A stretch of DNA of 64,000 nt from Saccostrea cucullata (taxonomy: Eukaryota). The notes under the pieces are model-generated. The model did no database searches. It had not been told where the DNA came from and worked only from the letters and a program-made list of their open reading frames with translations. Positions 22,881-36,900 of this stretch are shown here, piece after piece (the first letter of the stretch is position 1; each line of letters opens with the position of its first letter). Location of the stretch: positions 186,001 through 250,000 of the forward strand of contig NW_026926947.1 of NCBI RefSeq assembly GCF_032062105.1, in the 5' to 3' direction. The position numbers and the translations under genes are program-made.

Positions 22881-24920
22881 TGATAGGACGTTCATATCTG
22901 ACACATCATGTCGTAAATAATGGCATTTTATCCACTAATATATTATTAAGACACCGAAACCGAGAAGGGTTCTTTAAATGTTTTTGTTTTTTTTTATCAT
23001 TAAATCTAATTAAAATTTTATACAAAGAGCTAGATGACACAACTCTCAACATAGATTCAGATATACCTAGATGAAACATATGGAGATGACGAACAGTATT
23101 CAAGCTCAAGGGTCCATTCAAACAATACATTTCAGAATCAGAGCAAACACGGACTCTATAACATCAGAGGTACATTGGATCAGGTGCGTACACATGTATT
23201 TCATCTTCATAATCTATCATTCAGTCATAGAAATGAGAGCATTATTATACGATTCTCTCCATTGATATAGCAGCTTTTTTATCTTATTTCGTTTCTTTTG
23301 ATATATTAAATATAAAATCCTATTTTCCTGCAAGCCTCCATTAAAATGATACACGTTTTGGCAATTAGTTGTTTAAAAATAGATTCTTCTATAAATAAAG
23401 AATAAAAACCTGGGAAGATTTGTGTTTTAACACAGCGGTGCCATTATAATGTACATTATTTAAACTGTCTTCAAAAGTTGCATTATCTCATCTATAGTTA
23501 CATTTTTCTCTCTTTATTCCAAAAATATCCAGTTCCTTGATTCCAATTAGAAGCAGTTAAGGAGATCTTTGGTTTAAGAACAAATTAATTTATATGTCTA
23601 TTTTATAAATATGATGTCAATTATCTTCAAGGTAAGCACAGAGTAAATTAAGGCAGTTATACATTAAGCGTTAAGCAAATTGTTCATTTTTGAAAAGTCA
23701 GCACAAATTTACGTATTTCATGTAATTCTCATTTTTATTATTAATATAACTATAGTTAAAATATATCAAAAAATTATCTATCACTCCTTTCATCCGAAAA
23801 AAAAAAATCTTGTGGTAAGAATGTTACAATATTTATTACATCGTATGACCCCATTTCAATTTATTCCTAGAATGTGTGCCGGTAAATGCCTGGCAGGCCC
23901 TCATTTTGATATTGACGATGTTTGACCCCTTAAATCTCGATACCTTGTCTCCACCCCCGGCCGGGTTTCATCAATCCATCGACTTCAAATTAACGAGCTC
24001 CTCTAGCATCCTATGGCCGTCAGCGTCAGAGAAATAAATTACCAAATAGTTCTCATCCAAGTTATCTTTTTATCCTTGATCCTTTTTTTGTGATATGTTG
24101 TACCTTTGCTTAAAATAACAATTTTTAATTGATCACGCAAGCAATTATAGATGAAGAGCATAGATTCTGTTATTTTTGCTTTGCATAACATTACATAAGA
24201 GTACTTTTAAAAGTGAGCACATTTTAATATAGAATTAAAACACCCGCTTGGAGACATGACATCGCAAATTTCAAAATTTCAAGAACTCTCATAGAATGTC
24301 TTATTTTAGGCCCTTGAACCTCAACGCCCATCAAAATTTGTCAAGTTTTCCTGATCCGAATCCGTCTTCGTAAGACCCCAAGCCCCTGAACAATTTGTAA
24401 AAAGAACACAGATTTCCTTTATGTTAAGAAGATACACTTATTGCCTGAGAAAGTTTACGTAAACCAACGTAAAACTCTACTCAAGTGTAAAATCTTTTTG
24501 TTTAACAAAAAATGAGAAATTATATACCGGTATTTGTTCAGCATGTTTCAAAACAGGAACAACCACTTTGTTAAGTAGATATCTAACTAACATCAAAAGT
24601 TTATAAATGAATGATTGGTGTCTCCCACTTAGCCAACATTTTGATTAAATACAGGTTAAAAACAGGCAAATCTGTGTTGGCTAAGTGGGAATGCATCTAA
24701 TCCAGATCATGAATTCAACTTCTTCGACAGTTTCAATATCTTCATCATTGTAATTGTACGGAGAGCCGTTTCTTTTGAAAAAAGAGTATACCATTTTGTT
24801 TTTCTTACAAACTCTTTTAATACTCCACAAGAAGGAATCTTTGCTTGTTAAACGTCCCATTGAAATGTTTTGTCACATTTAGACGACACTGCTTACTTAT
24901 GGAGGGATGCGAATTTAGAC

Positions 24921-25152
24921 CTGGGACCCGTTTCACAAATGAATTTACGACTAGGAGCAAAATTTAATTCTGTATATATACATTTCATTATAAGTGTATA
25001 TTGAAAATGATTTTTATCCTTTAAAAAGTAATGCAGTATGACCTTTTTACATCAGCAATTTTAAACAGAATCATTCATTTAACAAATAATTACAATCAAA
25101 TTAATTATTATAAGATTTTTGTCTTAGTCCTAAGCTTTTTGTAAAACGCACA
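24921..25152. mobile_element. Decayed Harbinger-like MITE
   Basis: Degenerate inverted ends CTGGGACCCGTTTCACAAA..TTACGACTAGGA / TCTTAGTCCTAAGCTTTTTGTAAAACGCACAG. Confidence 0.45.
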
Positions 25153-25384
25153 GGTATGTGCGCGTTCATACTCTCTGATACTAAAACGTTACTTCAGTTT
25201 CAGAGAGTATGAATTTAAGAAAATGCCAGTTTTTGTTTAAATTTTGGATTTTTTCATTTGTAATAATTTGTAAATATGATATAGATATATAATTTATTTA
25301 TAGAAGGTTAAAGAACCATTGGGGTACAGAACATAGGTGGGTGTGAGGTTGAGGGGTCCTGCCCTCAAGGACCTGTGGTAAACG

Positions 25385-25584
25385 AGGCCCCTGTACTCGG
25401 TTCTTGCCTTTGAACACCGGGGAACCCTTCTCGTGCCATCACACACTGCGAGGCGGGGCTTCGTCTTCGTTTATATTGTCTCATATAAAGGACTAATATA
25501 CATGTCCTGCATCTGATTTGAACACGTGATTCAAGGTCAGCGACTCTTGGACAATCGCTCTAACCACTTCGCCACGCGGGCGGC
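25385..25584 (-). mobile_element. tRNA-derived SINE fragment
   Basis: The minus strand begins GCCGCCCGCGTGGCGAAGTGGTTAGAGCG (A-box-like) and has a B-box-like GTGTTCAAATC. The body loosely resembles the SINE at 43042. Confidence 0.55.
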
Positions 25585-26548
25585 AAAGAGCAATTGCGTT
25601 TTTAAGTTTATTGTCCAAAATTAAGAACTTCCTTTTCTTCGTAGGGTGAGGTATAAAAGAAATTTTAAAGTATTTCAATATTTGAATTTTTTTATGAAAT
25701 ATGAAATCAAGGCAAGAAAAAGCAATTTACAATGTGGGTCGTTGTGTCGCTAGGACGTTTAATTTTGTTTCCTTATCATTTCCATTAAAGATCCGGGAAG
25801 GATCCTGCAGCGAGCACCTTGTAACTTTACGTTGACATCCGAATACTTTTATATATTCCGCCTAAAATTTCAAACCGAGAATTGCAGATATGGGAACCAT
25901 TTACTGATTATGAACTCTTGAATGGATACCTGCATTATCATAATAGTCAACGTTGATTTTTTTTTTTAAGTTGCAACCTACGTTATATAGTATTTCATTC
26001 AAAAAAACAGTGCTTATTTTAAACATCTGTGAAAAGAAAACTAGAAAAGATATTGTTAAAAAATAAATTGTTTTACAACATACACGTACTAGACTATCAT
26101 TTGATAAAAGTTCATTTTTTTTTTGAATATGGTGCGGATTTTGATGCTTCTTGGCTATATACATGTACTTAGTAGTTAGAGATAGAGCATTTCGTTCTTT
26201 TGTACTCCAATGCCATTATGTTAGGTTTTTCAGCTCACATGGAGTGCATATGAATTTGAAATCATTAAATTAACATAAAAATAAGTCAAACCACGCTTGA
26301 ACTTTTGACCGATGAAATTGTAGCTTGAAACCTTAGGAAATTTATACATATGTTTATACAATGTACTTACATATAATATGTAGTTTACAGAACATGTCCT
26401 TATATATACAGTATATATGTAACATGTATTCTCTCGTGAATGTAAACTTTCTTAAACATGTTAAATGAGATGACAAATTATCCTTTTTTTAAAGTCACTT
26501 TCAAAATGCTGACAATTCAAAAGATATCCTGTACCTGTATTACTACTA

Positions 26549-26721
26549 CTGTAAAAACAGAGATATTCGTGGGGGATTTAATTTCGCTAATTTTGTTGTT
26601 AACACTTATCAACGAAAATAAATCCCCACACGAAATTTTTATATGACTACATGTATATATTGAAAAGGGTAACCTTTAAAACAACGAAATTTTATGCCCA
26701 CGAAAATTTGTGTTTCCACAG
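26549..26721. mobile_element. Tc1/mariner-type MITE
   Basis: Imperfect 25-bp TIR CTGTAAAAACAGAGATATTCGTGGG / CCCACGAAAATTTGTGTTTCCACAG, with TA on both sides. Confidence 0.75.
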
Positions 26722-29700
26722 TATATAGCACAAACTTGGCAAAATTCAATAACAAATCACATATCTCAAGATCTTTGTGGGCGAGCTCAAGAAAAATGAA
26801 AATAGTGTCTGTGCATGCACATGTGACGTCATAAAGCATTTAAAAACACACGACCATGATTTTTCTGCATGGAATTTCAATTAATGATTTCACCAGTTTC
26901 GTATTATTATTGATAATAATTATATGAACATAAAAATACAATTTGTGAAAGCGAAAGAGAGTACAAAGGATTCAAAGTTTTTAAAGGATTCACTGTTTTA
27001 GGAACCTTTACCGATTTGAAACCAAAATTGATAATAATAATCAACTTTTACGGTAAATCTTAATCAAGTACTCAGATTTCGTGCACCGTCTTGACCACAT
27101 GGGGTTACACTCAGGAATGTGAAATATGTAAGCCTATTTAACTTTTGATAATGGACTTTGTCATTGTAATGTCATGAAGTTAACGTAAACATCGAATAAA
27201 GTGAGAATCTTTTCTATGCGCTCTATTAAAAAAAGGTAGGCTCATGAAAAGGGTTGATTGTGTTGCCAGAATGGGGCGGTGATGTTCCCTTAAGCTCCAA
27301 AGAATCAAATTAATTTCCTTTAAACATGCCTGTATCGAATTTTTACCAGCTAGTAATAAAAGTTGACTACGTATTGAGCTTGTTCATTTAGAATTAAAAC
27401 TTGATACACCTGGTGATGAAGCGGGTAAAAATTAAACCTTCACAAAACTTTATAAATATAAAAAGCTTATTCTTCCCTTTTCATGGTGTCATTTTGCAAA
27501 GAAAAAGTATTTGGCACTAAATTGCCAATGTTCTTGAATTCAAGTGACAACTGTCTCGATCTGAAATTAAAATTGTCTGTAGCAGGATGGAATGCTAAAT
27601 ATAGGTACCTGATTGATTAACCACCCCAAGATAACTGTTATTTACACAATTCAAGGTTACTAAGCAAACTAAAATAAGATCCAGCGGGGAGTAATAAAAC
27701 GCGATAATTCCCCAACTTTTGTTATTTTTAGCAATATCAGTGATAATATGCAACATAAAAGTGGCATGCACGTCTTTTCATGCAAGAAACGAAACAAAAT
27801 ATATTTTTCCTTTGAATGAGCAGGACACTTCCGTATTCCATACAGGCGTGATTCTATCGACCCCCCGGAGAACTTCAGAAGTGGTGATAAAATGTAGAGA
27901 TTCTTCGGGTTCTATTTATTACAAATCTTTAAATTAAATAATTCAAATGATGCTGACTATATGAGATGCATGTGGACTGTTCGGGCTGTATGTGGAACAC
28001 AATTTAATTTCACACAATTAAAGTAGTTAAAGATTTCGAAATATCTTATTTTGTAAAAGTGTTGTCTTTCAATATGTTTATAGACTGATATTTTTGTTAT
28101 TCTCATTTCTTTATTATTAATCAAGAAATATATATATAGGTATCAATATTAATGTAAGATAATTTTTGTTTTGACAGCATGCATCAAGTTGTCTACTTAC
28201 ATTCTCAAAGATTTTGTAGGATGCCTGGGATTATTTCAATTAAAACATCTGCAATTTAGATTGCCCCAATCCCTGGTCAAGAAATCATCAATAATCATGT
28301 ATCAAATAGTTATTCTAACTCTTAAAATCAATTGCAGATTATAAACAAAAATATGTTTTTTCTGATAGATTTCAAGTGTTTATGTTTGGATAAATCTTGA
28401 TTAATAGTCATTTTAGTGAATTTCTTCTCCTCACCTGTTAAACTAACTTCCAATCAGCGCCATCAATCAAACACTAACGCAGCTTTTAGCCATGTTAACA
28501 AGTGCAAACATCGCTCCCCTATCTCTTTAGGAACAAATTTCACCCATTCACCCCTCAAACTCACTCTTAATTCAATTACCTGGGAGGGGTGTTACGCTTT
28601 GTTTATATTTCCCCCTCAGTCTTTCACCTCGCATCTTCTTTTTAGCAGCATCTTTACTTTCTACATCTTTTGTGTCGACTGAAGTAAGGGAGAGGCCCAC
28701 TAAAAAATGTTGCCTTACTCCGAACTCACCCATTTATAATGTAATCAATCTCTCATTGTAACAGTTACTTTTGTCAGCAATTTTTAATTGTTATAAAATA
28801 AATGAATTGTCCTCAGATAAAAATATACATTCAAAGCAGAAATAATTCTTAACTGACGTGGTTAATCAAAGGTCCAGTTTTATGTAAATCAGATAAATCC
28901 CTAAGTCTAGGATATACAATGATGAGTCAAGAGTGAATACTTTCTTGTAGAATTTAATTCAATAACTCGAAGATCAAAGACACGAAAAGCGAGAATCTTG
29001 ATCTTATATTAAAAGGCAGAAACGAAATAGCCTTGTCGTGCCCAAGTCTCTGTGTTAATGTTATGATTCAGACAGCTCAGTTATTGTAGAAAGATTAACA
29101 AAAGATAAAGAATGGTTTTTATCTAGGCTCATTTGGAATTAACGATGTCTGCGTTAAAATTGACATCAATCATAAAAAACGAGCCGCTAAAAACTTCAAC
29201 CCAGTAAAAAAGGATTTAAAATTTTCCAGTTGGATTGACGGCTCTACAGTAAAAGCTGTGATGTGCATTAACAATGTTTAAAAAAAATTCCTTTATCAAT
29301 TACAATCCGACAGGTAGATAGTTATCAGAGTTTTAAACTGCAGATTTAGAAGACTTAGACAAAGAGGAAGGGAACACGTTTTCTATAGGTAAACATATAT
29401 ACATGTATTTGATTATACGTAAAGTTAAAAATGCAAGAAACATGCATGTGTGTTTGATACATGTATTACAAATATATTAGTCGATATGATGGAATGATAG
29501 ACGAGTACACGAATATTCGTTGACATCCCTAATTTATATAAATGCACATATATTTGTATGCAAAAAGTGGACAGTCCTTACCCTTTCGACCGTTTACTGA
29601 ATCGGCATATGGGTACAATATGTTAAATTACGTTAATTAACAAAGAAACCCTATCAGTATGTATGCGTAAAAGTATACAAAATCCCCCACAAAGTATAAC

Positions 29701-30005
29701 CCTTACAAATTCGTAATATCTTATCGATTTCATGAGTAATTTATTATTGACAAGGCGATAACAAAATTTAAAATTATTATCGGGAATCTATTTTTCAAAT
29801 GAAATTAAATTTACTTGGGTCCTTTTTCTCATGGAGAAAGAGAATGACACGAAAACTAGGCGAATGCCCTCGTTACCAAGTGACGCCTAAGTACTTCGCA
29901 CGTGAGATCTGACAAACTTTCAAATAACGGAAAGGTCGGGGAGATAGGTAAAGGGCTCCAGTGTCCTGGTTATGGATTATTTGAACTGTGTGTCATATAT
30001 ACACT

Positions 30006-30171
30006 TAAGGAATCACTGTCTAGTTTTGAGAGTATGCCAGGGCATCAACAATAGTGGGAAACATGGGATAATTTGCATAACGGGCGAAGCCCGTTATGCT
30101 AAAATTATCCCATGTTTCCCACTATTGTTGATGTCCCTGGCATACTCTCAAAACTAGACAGTGATTCCTTA
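30006..30171. repeat. Long near-perfect palindrome (about 80-bp arms, 3-nt GAA loop)
   Basis: Left arm 30006-30085 (TAAGGAATCACTGTCTAG...ATAACGGGC), loop GAA 30086-30088, right arm 30089-30171. Only about 3 unpaired extra bases. Confidence 0.95.
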
Positions 30172-30600
30172 TATTTCCATTTCATTGTAAAATAAAATTT
30201 TAGACTTATACCCCATTCATACGACGAAAATTTGCTTATGTGTGCAAATTTACATATGAGTAAATATACACACGTAAGTAAAAGTTAATTTGCGATGCGT
30301 TCAGAAGAGATTTATGTTCTGTAAGTAAATCTTTATATTTTCATATAAAATAAGGAGATCCACAGATTCAGAATTGTTGATTTGTATAGAAAAAATGTTA
30401 TCTTTTACTATTTGGGTATAAAATTAACTTTTGAATGTTCCCCAGAGAAATAAAGGGGGGATCCAATCTATTTATTTTTTGATGCGGAAGAAAAACAAAC
30501 TTAATAACTTCTAGAAAAAATGTACACATGAAAAAGGAAAATTAATTAAAATCATTGTTTAAATTTTGAAAACGCCTCGGTCCTAAAGTCTATAGAAGAG

Positions 30601-31460
30601 CCATTGGGTGTTAAGAAAAAGATGGTTGTTGCCATCTACTGAATGGCGTCTTCAGCAGAAAAAAGTACGACTGGAAATCTTTTTTTGTGTTTGGAAATCT
30701 ACAGTACCTCAAGTTTGCGAGGTCATTATGCAATATCTGCTTGAATATTATATGTATTTTCCAGGAGAATGACATGGGCAATCAATTTTTAAAAAAATTT
30801 AAACGAAACAAATTATATGAATAGGAAATACTGTTAACGTATTACATTTGGCTGTGTATTCTTTTTAGCGGCTTTGGCGTAACTCAACAACCGCTAAATC
30901 AAGTACACCGCTTTATGTCTTGCACATATACACAAAAATAAGAAGAAAAGCGCTTAATCAAATCAACACTAACTTATTCAAAATTGAATTACCGTCAAAT
31001 ATCGTACACGCTATTGAAATACAATACATTTACAGTAAACACGACTCCCCTAGAAATTCATGGTGGGACATGTGGCCAAGGATCGAGAATGCTCAAAAAT
31101 GCTTATTTTCAACAGGGTTGTTGAAATTCCTGAAGCATCAATTTATATTTCAGTAGTTTGCCTTGGTTTAAAAACAAAGAAAGGTAGAAGAAAGTCAAAC
31201 TGTAATGGGGCCCGGGCGATTGACGTAATGCCTATTCCTATCACAGCCCCGGAGCATTCCCATGAAGACTACTTGAATTGTAAGGGGACTACTTATTAAT
31301 CCTGCAGCTAGGGCACATGTTTGCCGGACCACAGTTATATCTTTTTTAATTTAGAGGTAAAAACATAGGTTTGCCAAATTTAAATTTATATCAGAGGACA
31401 CTGGAGATGCAGTGTGGATTCTTGTTTTCAGAGTAAGTTGAAAAAGCCATTTGTGGAAAG
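30601..31460 (+). pseudogene. Harbinger (HARBI1/DDE_Tnp_4-type) transposase remnant
   Basis: PLGVKKKMVVAIY*MASSAEKSTTGNLF, then a frameshift to ..KSTVPQVCEV (HTH region, 30601-30745). ARAIDVMPIPITAPEHSHEDYLNCKG (about 31209-31290) matches the GAIDGxHIPIxAP...DYxNRKG motif. Contains stops, frameshifts and a MITE insertion. Confidence 0.8.
30831..31035. mobile_element. Tc1/mariner-type MITE inside the Harbinger transposase remnant
   Basis: Ends CTGTTAACGTATT / AATACATTTACAG with TA on both sides. Confidence 0.7.
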
Positions 31461-33938
31461 AACTATGCTAAAACAACCCGGCGTACCTTTAAAACAGTAC
31501 CCTTATCAAAACTCAAATTACTTTCAGCTGTTGTTGAAGTACGGCATAGATGACAATAAAAAATCCAGTTTTTTATGTTTTGCTGTCTAGCCGCCATGCT
31601 AACAGACTGATATTATACACAAAACAATGCATTAACAACCGAAACAACACTTAAAATGGAGATTTATGCAATAAACAAAACAAAATACATACATTAGTAT
31701 ATTTGCTGCGAGTTCATATGACAAAATTTACACACATGAACTATAAATTTGCGACAACATGTATGCAAAAGTTAATTTGCACCTAGTCCTGACCAGGTGT
31801 AAATTTACTCAACTGTGCAGAATTTACATGTGAGCAAATCAGTTCATACGACAAAAATTGCACATGTGAGTAAATTTACATATGAGTAAAATATACTGAT
31901 GTATGCAAATCATGTCGTATGAATGGGGTATTAGACATTAAAAATGTAGACTAATAGATTTAAATTACACGAGGACTTCTATGCCAATTTCAATAGTTCG
32001 ATCTCGCACACTGGCGTCAAACACAAAGGTAGCTGCACGAGATTTTCATGCATATTTGGTCTTCTTAGCGTCAGACACAGAGGCAGATGCGCACGAGATT
32101 TGCATGCATATTAGGCCTCCTTAGCTGATGACCTATCGACCTGCCTAATTTACATTCCGGCAGAATTATAAAGAAATAAATTCCCCCAACTTTCAAACAG
32201 TTATCACAGAGGAAAAAATTAGAAATGGAAATATTTAGAGAAAATTGCAGTCTGGGTCACTTCACCTCGCTTCATCTGATTCCATTGACAGGGGACCGGT
32301 ATTTATGATAGAATTCTCATCTCTGATTATCATGAGGCTTTCAAGGTTTATTTATATTAGATAGAATAATCATGAAATGGTGAGATGAGAAACTTTACCA
32401 ATATTTTGATATTGTGAGGAAAAATGGTGCGAGTTTTTCTTACTTTGAGAATATTGTAAAATTTACTATACATGCATGTGTTTCAAAACTGAAATATTTA
32501 CATGTATATAAGGCCATTGCTTGATCGCCTTACTTGAATATGAAAAGTATAACTTCCGGAGGTATATCAAATTTAGCTCAAATTATTCACTTGGTAAAGA
32601 GGACAATTGACCCATTCACCTCCCAATTCCCAATACAAATAGGCATATACATGTACAGTGATGTTTCAGGAGGGAAATGTTCTGAAATTTAGGGTGGGGT
32701 ATATTTGAGGACTAGAAGTACGATGCAGAATTCTAATGTATAAAATTCTGCAAATATAACAATTAAACGATGTAAACAAGGAATAAATTAAACAAGAAAT
32801 TCAATCTTATGTCTGGATTTGACTAGAAATTATGTCATATGTAGGCTGGACAAAAATGAGTGCATTAGCATTTTAACCAAAAGGGTTTATACGTTTTGAA
32901 TACCTCAAGATAAATGCGTTGCAGTCGACCTGTGTGTCATACTGTTGAATGACATAATCGGAAATCTTTTAAAACATCACCACAATGTGCAAAAAGGTTT
33001 ATTAACCGTAGATACAATGGATCTGAAATCGTGAGAAGAAAATGACCGTAGGACCTACTCATCCAAATTTGAATTGACCCACTGAAACACAAATTTGCTC
33101 AGGTGAGGGGGAAAACAAAAGATGTATGTAAAGTAAATTAGGGATGACCGGAGAATTTACTCAACTTCATGGCTAGGTCTGACCCAGTGATACATATAAT
33201 ATACGCAAAATAAACATGATAGGTAAAGGAAAAAATATATAAAAGACGGCTGAGAGGAATATATATAGAAAGTTTTTAAGGTTATTGACAGTTACTGTGT
33301 CTATTTGACGTTAATGTTTACACTGAGAGGAAAACGACTCAAAATTCGACCCTGCTTTACCTGCGCGGCTTTCTGTATTAAAGCACCTGTGTACACCTTT
33401 ATAAGCCCAGTCAGTCTGATAGCACAGGCAGGAAGAACTCTGGTGTGTGGAATAAGCCCACTATTCTAAAAATATTGATTCAAGGTATCAGCCTTGACGC
33501 GCAACACCTTCAGTGCATCGGTAAAGAAGAAGTTGAGTGAACTGTTTTTTTTAATTTATTTCTTACATAAGTTATTTTCTACCAACACCAGGTATTATAA
33601 GCACCCACACAGCAGCCTGGGGAGTCATTGATGCCTCGAGACGCTGGGCATACAGTGTGTTCATGATTTTATGGAGTAGAGCCAGATTTGCAGCTGTATG
33701 AATTAATATCGGAAATCGTCTAATGGAGTAAAAAAGTCAGCAATTATCGAACACTCTGTCACCAATTATCTGTTGGCTTTACTCACTTTTTTTTTTTTTA
33801 AATTTGGAGTTGATATAAATACGTTAAACGGTTTACAAACGATGTAGATGTTCTTTGTGACTTAGAATTGTGGCATATACCTGGGACTTGAGTTTACAAC
33901 ATTAACTTTGTATAGTAGATCAGCGGGACTATTTCCTA

Positions 33939-36900
33939 ATGAGGACCACTATGACGTCATCATTAAGGGTCATGGTCTTAGGAGCAGAGAAAACTGGAAA
34001 ATCTGGTAAGTCTATTATAGTTATTCTGTGGTGATATTTGACAATCTGAATATGTATACATATATCCCGGTCCATTCTTGTTGGGGCTAACAGAAACTGT
34101 TTTGAATTACTTTTTTTCAACTGGGTTTAACGATTTTCAGAACTACTTGAAGAAACCCTTATATTTCAGGCTTGGTCTTGCCTACATTTTAAACTAAATG
34201 AAACAAAACTAGCTTAATTAAAAAGCAATAGTAATTCAGCTGATGAAAATCTAAGAGCATTTCATTTGATGTTCAGTGGGAATTGTCGGGATGTTAAAGA
34301 TACGGTGTTTGATTATCATAAACTGTAAGGTATTAAAAGATACAGCTCTTGAGATATATGATAAACAGTGCTTGATCCTGAATACACCAATATCCTATCA
34401 TAAAACTTGGCGTACTCTCTGACCATCTGTTGTCAATAGGACGGACATCTGTTAAAACATCTGACTACATGACTACAACGTCAATCCTACAATTCCAGAA
34501 AAAAGATTGTATATATGTTTAGATTTGAGATCACGGAATTCAAACCACTTCAGAGTGTCTCTGTTGGGAGATGTTATTCTAGTTAAGCTGTACACAAATC
34601 CATTTAGAAAGTTGTTTAAGTACGCAAAGCGTTCAATAAGATCATTGTTTGCTATGAAATTTTAAAAGACTCGTTACGAAATCGAGACGGTTGAAAATAT
34701 TTTCACACATTTCAAGGACAATCGAATCATTACGTATTGGAATTAAAAGCAGCATCGTGGTTTAACACGTGAAAAACAAAAATGGGGGAACACACAGATA
34801 AGAGGTTTCGATGAGAATTTACAGAACAACAAAAGACGATTTCACAAAGAACAGTGCATTTTATTAAATACCTCTTTTGGGAGCCTAATGCTCTTAAAAT
34901 GACACTGCAAAATATCGAACGTTCATTGAGTGACTGTCTTTTTTTTTCTGGTTGAGGTCAAGCATTCAATGTTCATCAAATGAACTGAACTGGTCATGTA
35001 TATTTTTTTCTTGCATAAATTTACTTGCTTTATTGCTTCAAAAATAAACGGTTTACAAGAAGTCCAAGGAGAAGTCAAGTCTCAGCATAATTCCTTTACA
35101 TATGTTAATGTTCTGTTATTGTTGGGGGCCTTGTTTAAATACATCAGCAGACATCAAAGAAATATTTTGACAATTTGAGGCCAAGAGGACAATTCCTTGT
35201 TAGGCCATTTCGTGGTCTGCTGCTTTTGTCAGTGGCATACAAGACACAGGGGACGGGCTCGTACGTATAGAGTAGACTTGTTTTTCGTGACGGAGAACGA
35301 GGAAATACAACCGTAAAACAACATAGATGAGAACTTGAAAAGGATTTTAATTTAGAGAAACTAAATTCTTTCCGACTTTAAAATGAACCGACAAATAAAA
35401 AAAAATAAGCACATTTTTTGGTAGGTAATTTTGGGGTTGAATAGAAGTACACTTTTTACTGTTTACAGACAAAGGTAACCGTATGCACCAAAGAGTTCAG
35501 AAAAAAACCAGACAACTGTTCCACGGACCATTAATATAGTGCTATTTGAATTGTTATTTTACTTTGGTTGCTGAGGATAATTGCCTTTACATGAGAAGTT
35601 CTCTTGTATTGCAAAGTGTTGTTATTGCGTGCAAACGGTTTTAAAAAAAGAGATCTCACGAATGCATTAATTTCATTTCGTTCATAAAATATATACACTC
35701 ATTAAACAAAAATACCCCCATTTATAGCTGACTTTTTTCTTCTTTAGCGTGTGATTTTCTGATATTGGCCCTAGGAAACAATAACACGTGCCAAATCTCT
35801 CGATTACGCAACATTTAACAAAAATAATGTATCTCATAATAAATGTAGCAGATAAGCATAGAATACATTTCTTCAGATGATAGGCTGATGTGGATGAAAT
35901 GCGGAATAGTTCAATGTAGGATAAGTAAAAATAAGTCATTCAATCGTTATTGGGATCAGCAAACGTAAACAGTTCGTGAAAAAATTAATCCATTCATATA
36001 TTTTTGTTTTTAAAAAAGGAACGAATTTCAGCTTCTTGCTTGATATCTCAGATTTTATCGTATAATAAAGCGGGTAATGAAACTCCAAGCAAATAATATC
36101 GGTCGAGCATTTTTTCCTATCTCAAAAAATCGTTCATTTTTTTATATCAATATGTGCCGCCATAGATGAATTGCAAAGTTTTGGACTTAGGTACTTTTGG
36201 TCATGTATATAGATGGATTACTTAAGATAAATAAAAACTTTATTTTTAAATTTCTGCATGTTGGCTCTTCAAAGAATATCTATAGGTCAATTACCTATGT
36301 GACTGTATATTTTCTTGAAAGACAAGTCTTTTGAAAGACAAAAATGTCAGTCCTCTCCCTTCAAGAGGATGATATACAGTACACAAATACACCTTTTGGT
36401 GTGCTCCTCAAGGTCTTCGTGTGTATTGAATTCTCTCACACAGAAGAGACTCGCAAAGGCCTTCTGTAGAGACGAGACAGCCATCTTAAACGTTAAGAAA
36501 TTTAAATTCTCTTACATGAAATACTGGAATTAAAATTGATCAGCGGGATGCTCACTTACTTGCGCCGTGAACAACTAGACAAATAGGACGTTAGATATAG
36601 ACAACCCCCACGCCACATTTAACAAAGAACGTCTTCCCTCGACTTTAATTAAAACAATATTTGTCACCGAAGTGTAATCCTAGGGTTTCACGACATTGGC
36701 CTCTTAAATCTTCTGTTTCACGACACAGTATGCATACAAGGGGGATGTTTGCTCTAAATATTTCTGTAAAGAGGGCCTCTTATGGTATTAACTATCCCCT
36801 CTGACACACATATAATAAAAATCGTATGAAGCTGAGAAAATAAAATTAAACATATAAAACATCAAAGCTTGTGTTTTATTATCGGTTCACTGTAAAAGTC

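Larger units (their letters stand above)
30209..31930 (+). mobile_element. Internally deleted PIF/Harbinger DNA transposon
   Basis: Perfect 17-bp TIR TACCCCATTCATACGAC / GTCGTATGAATGGGGTA, TTA TSD (30206-30208, 31931-31933), subterminal AAATTTACATATGAGTAAA repeats, and transposase remnants inside. Confidence 0.88.

Noticed and set aside
23870-28700. GC-richer intergenic patches (about 23880-24030, 28420-28700) as enhancers of the RERG-like gene
   Set aside because: Plausible, but unsupported without conservation or chromatin data.
29972-30157. 61-aa ORF over the palindrome
   Set aside because: Explained by the inverted repeat; no coding signal.
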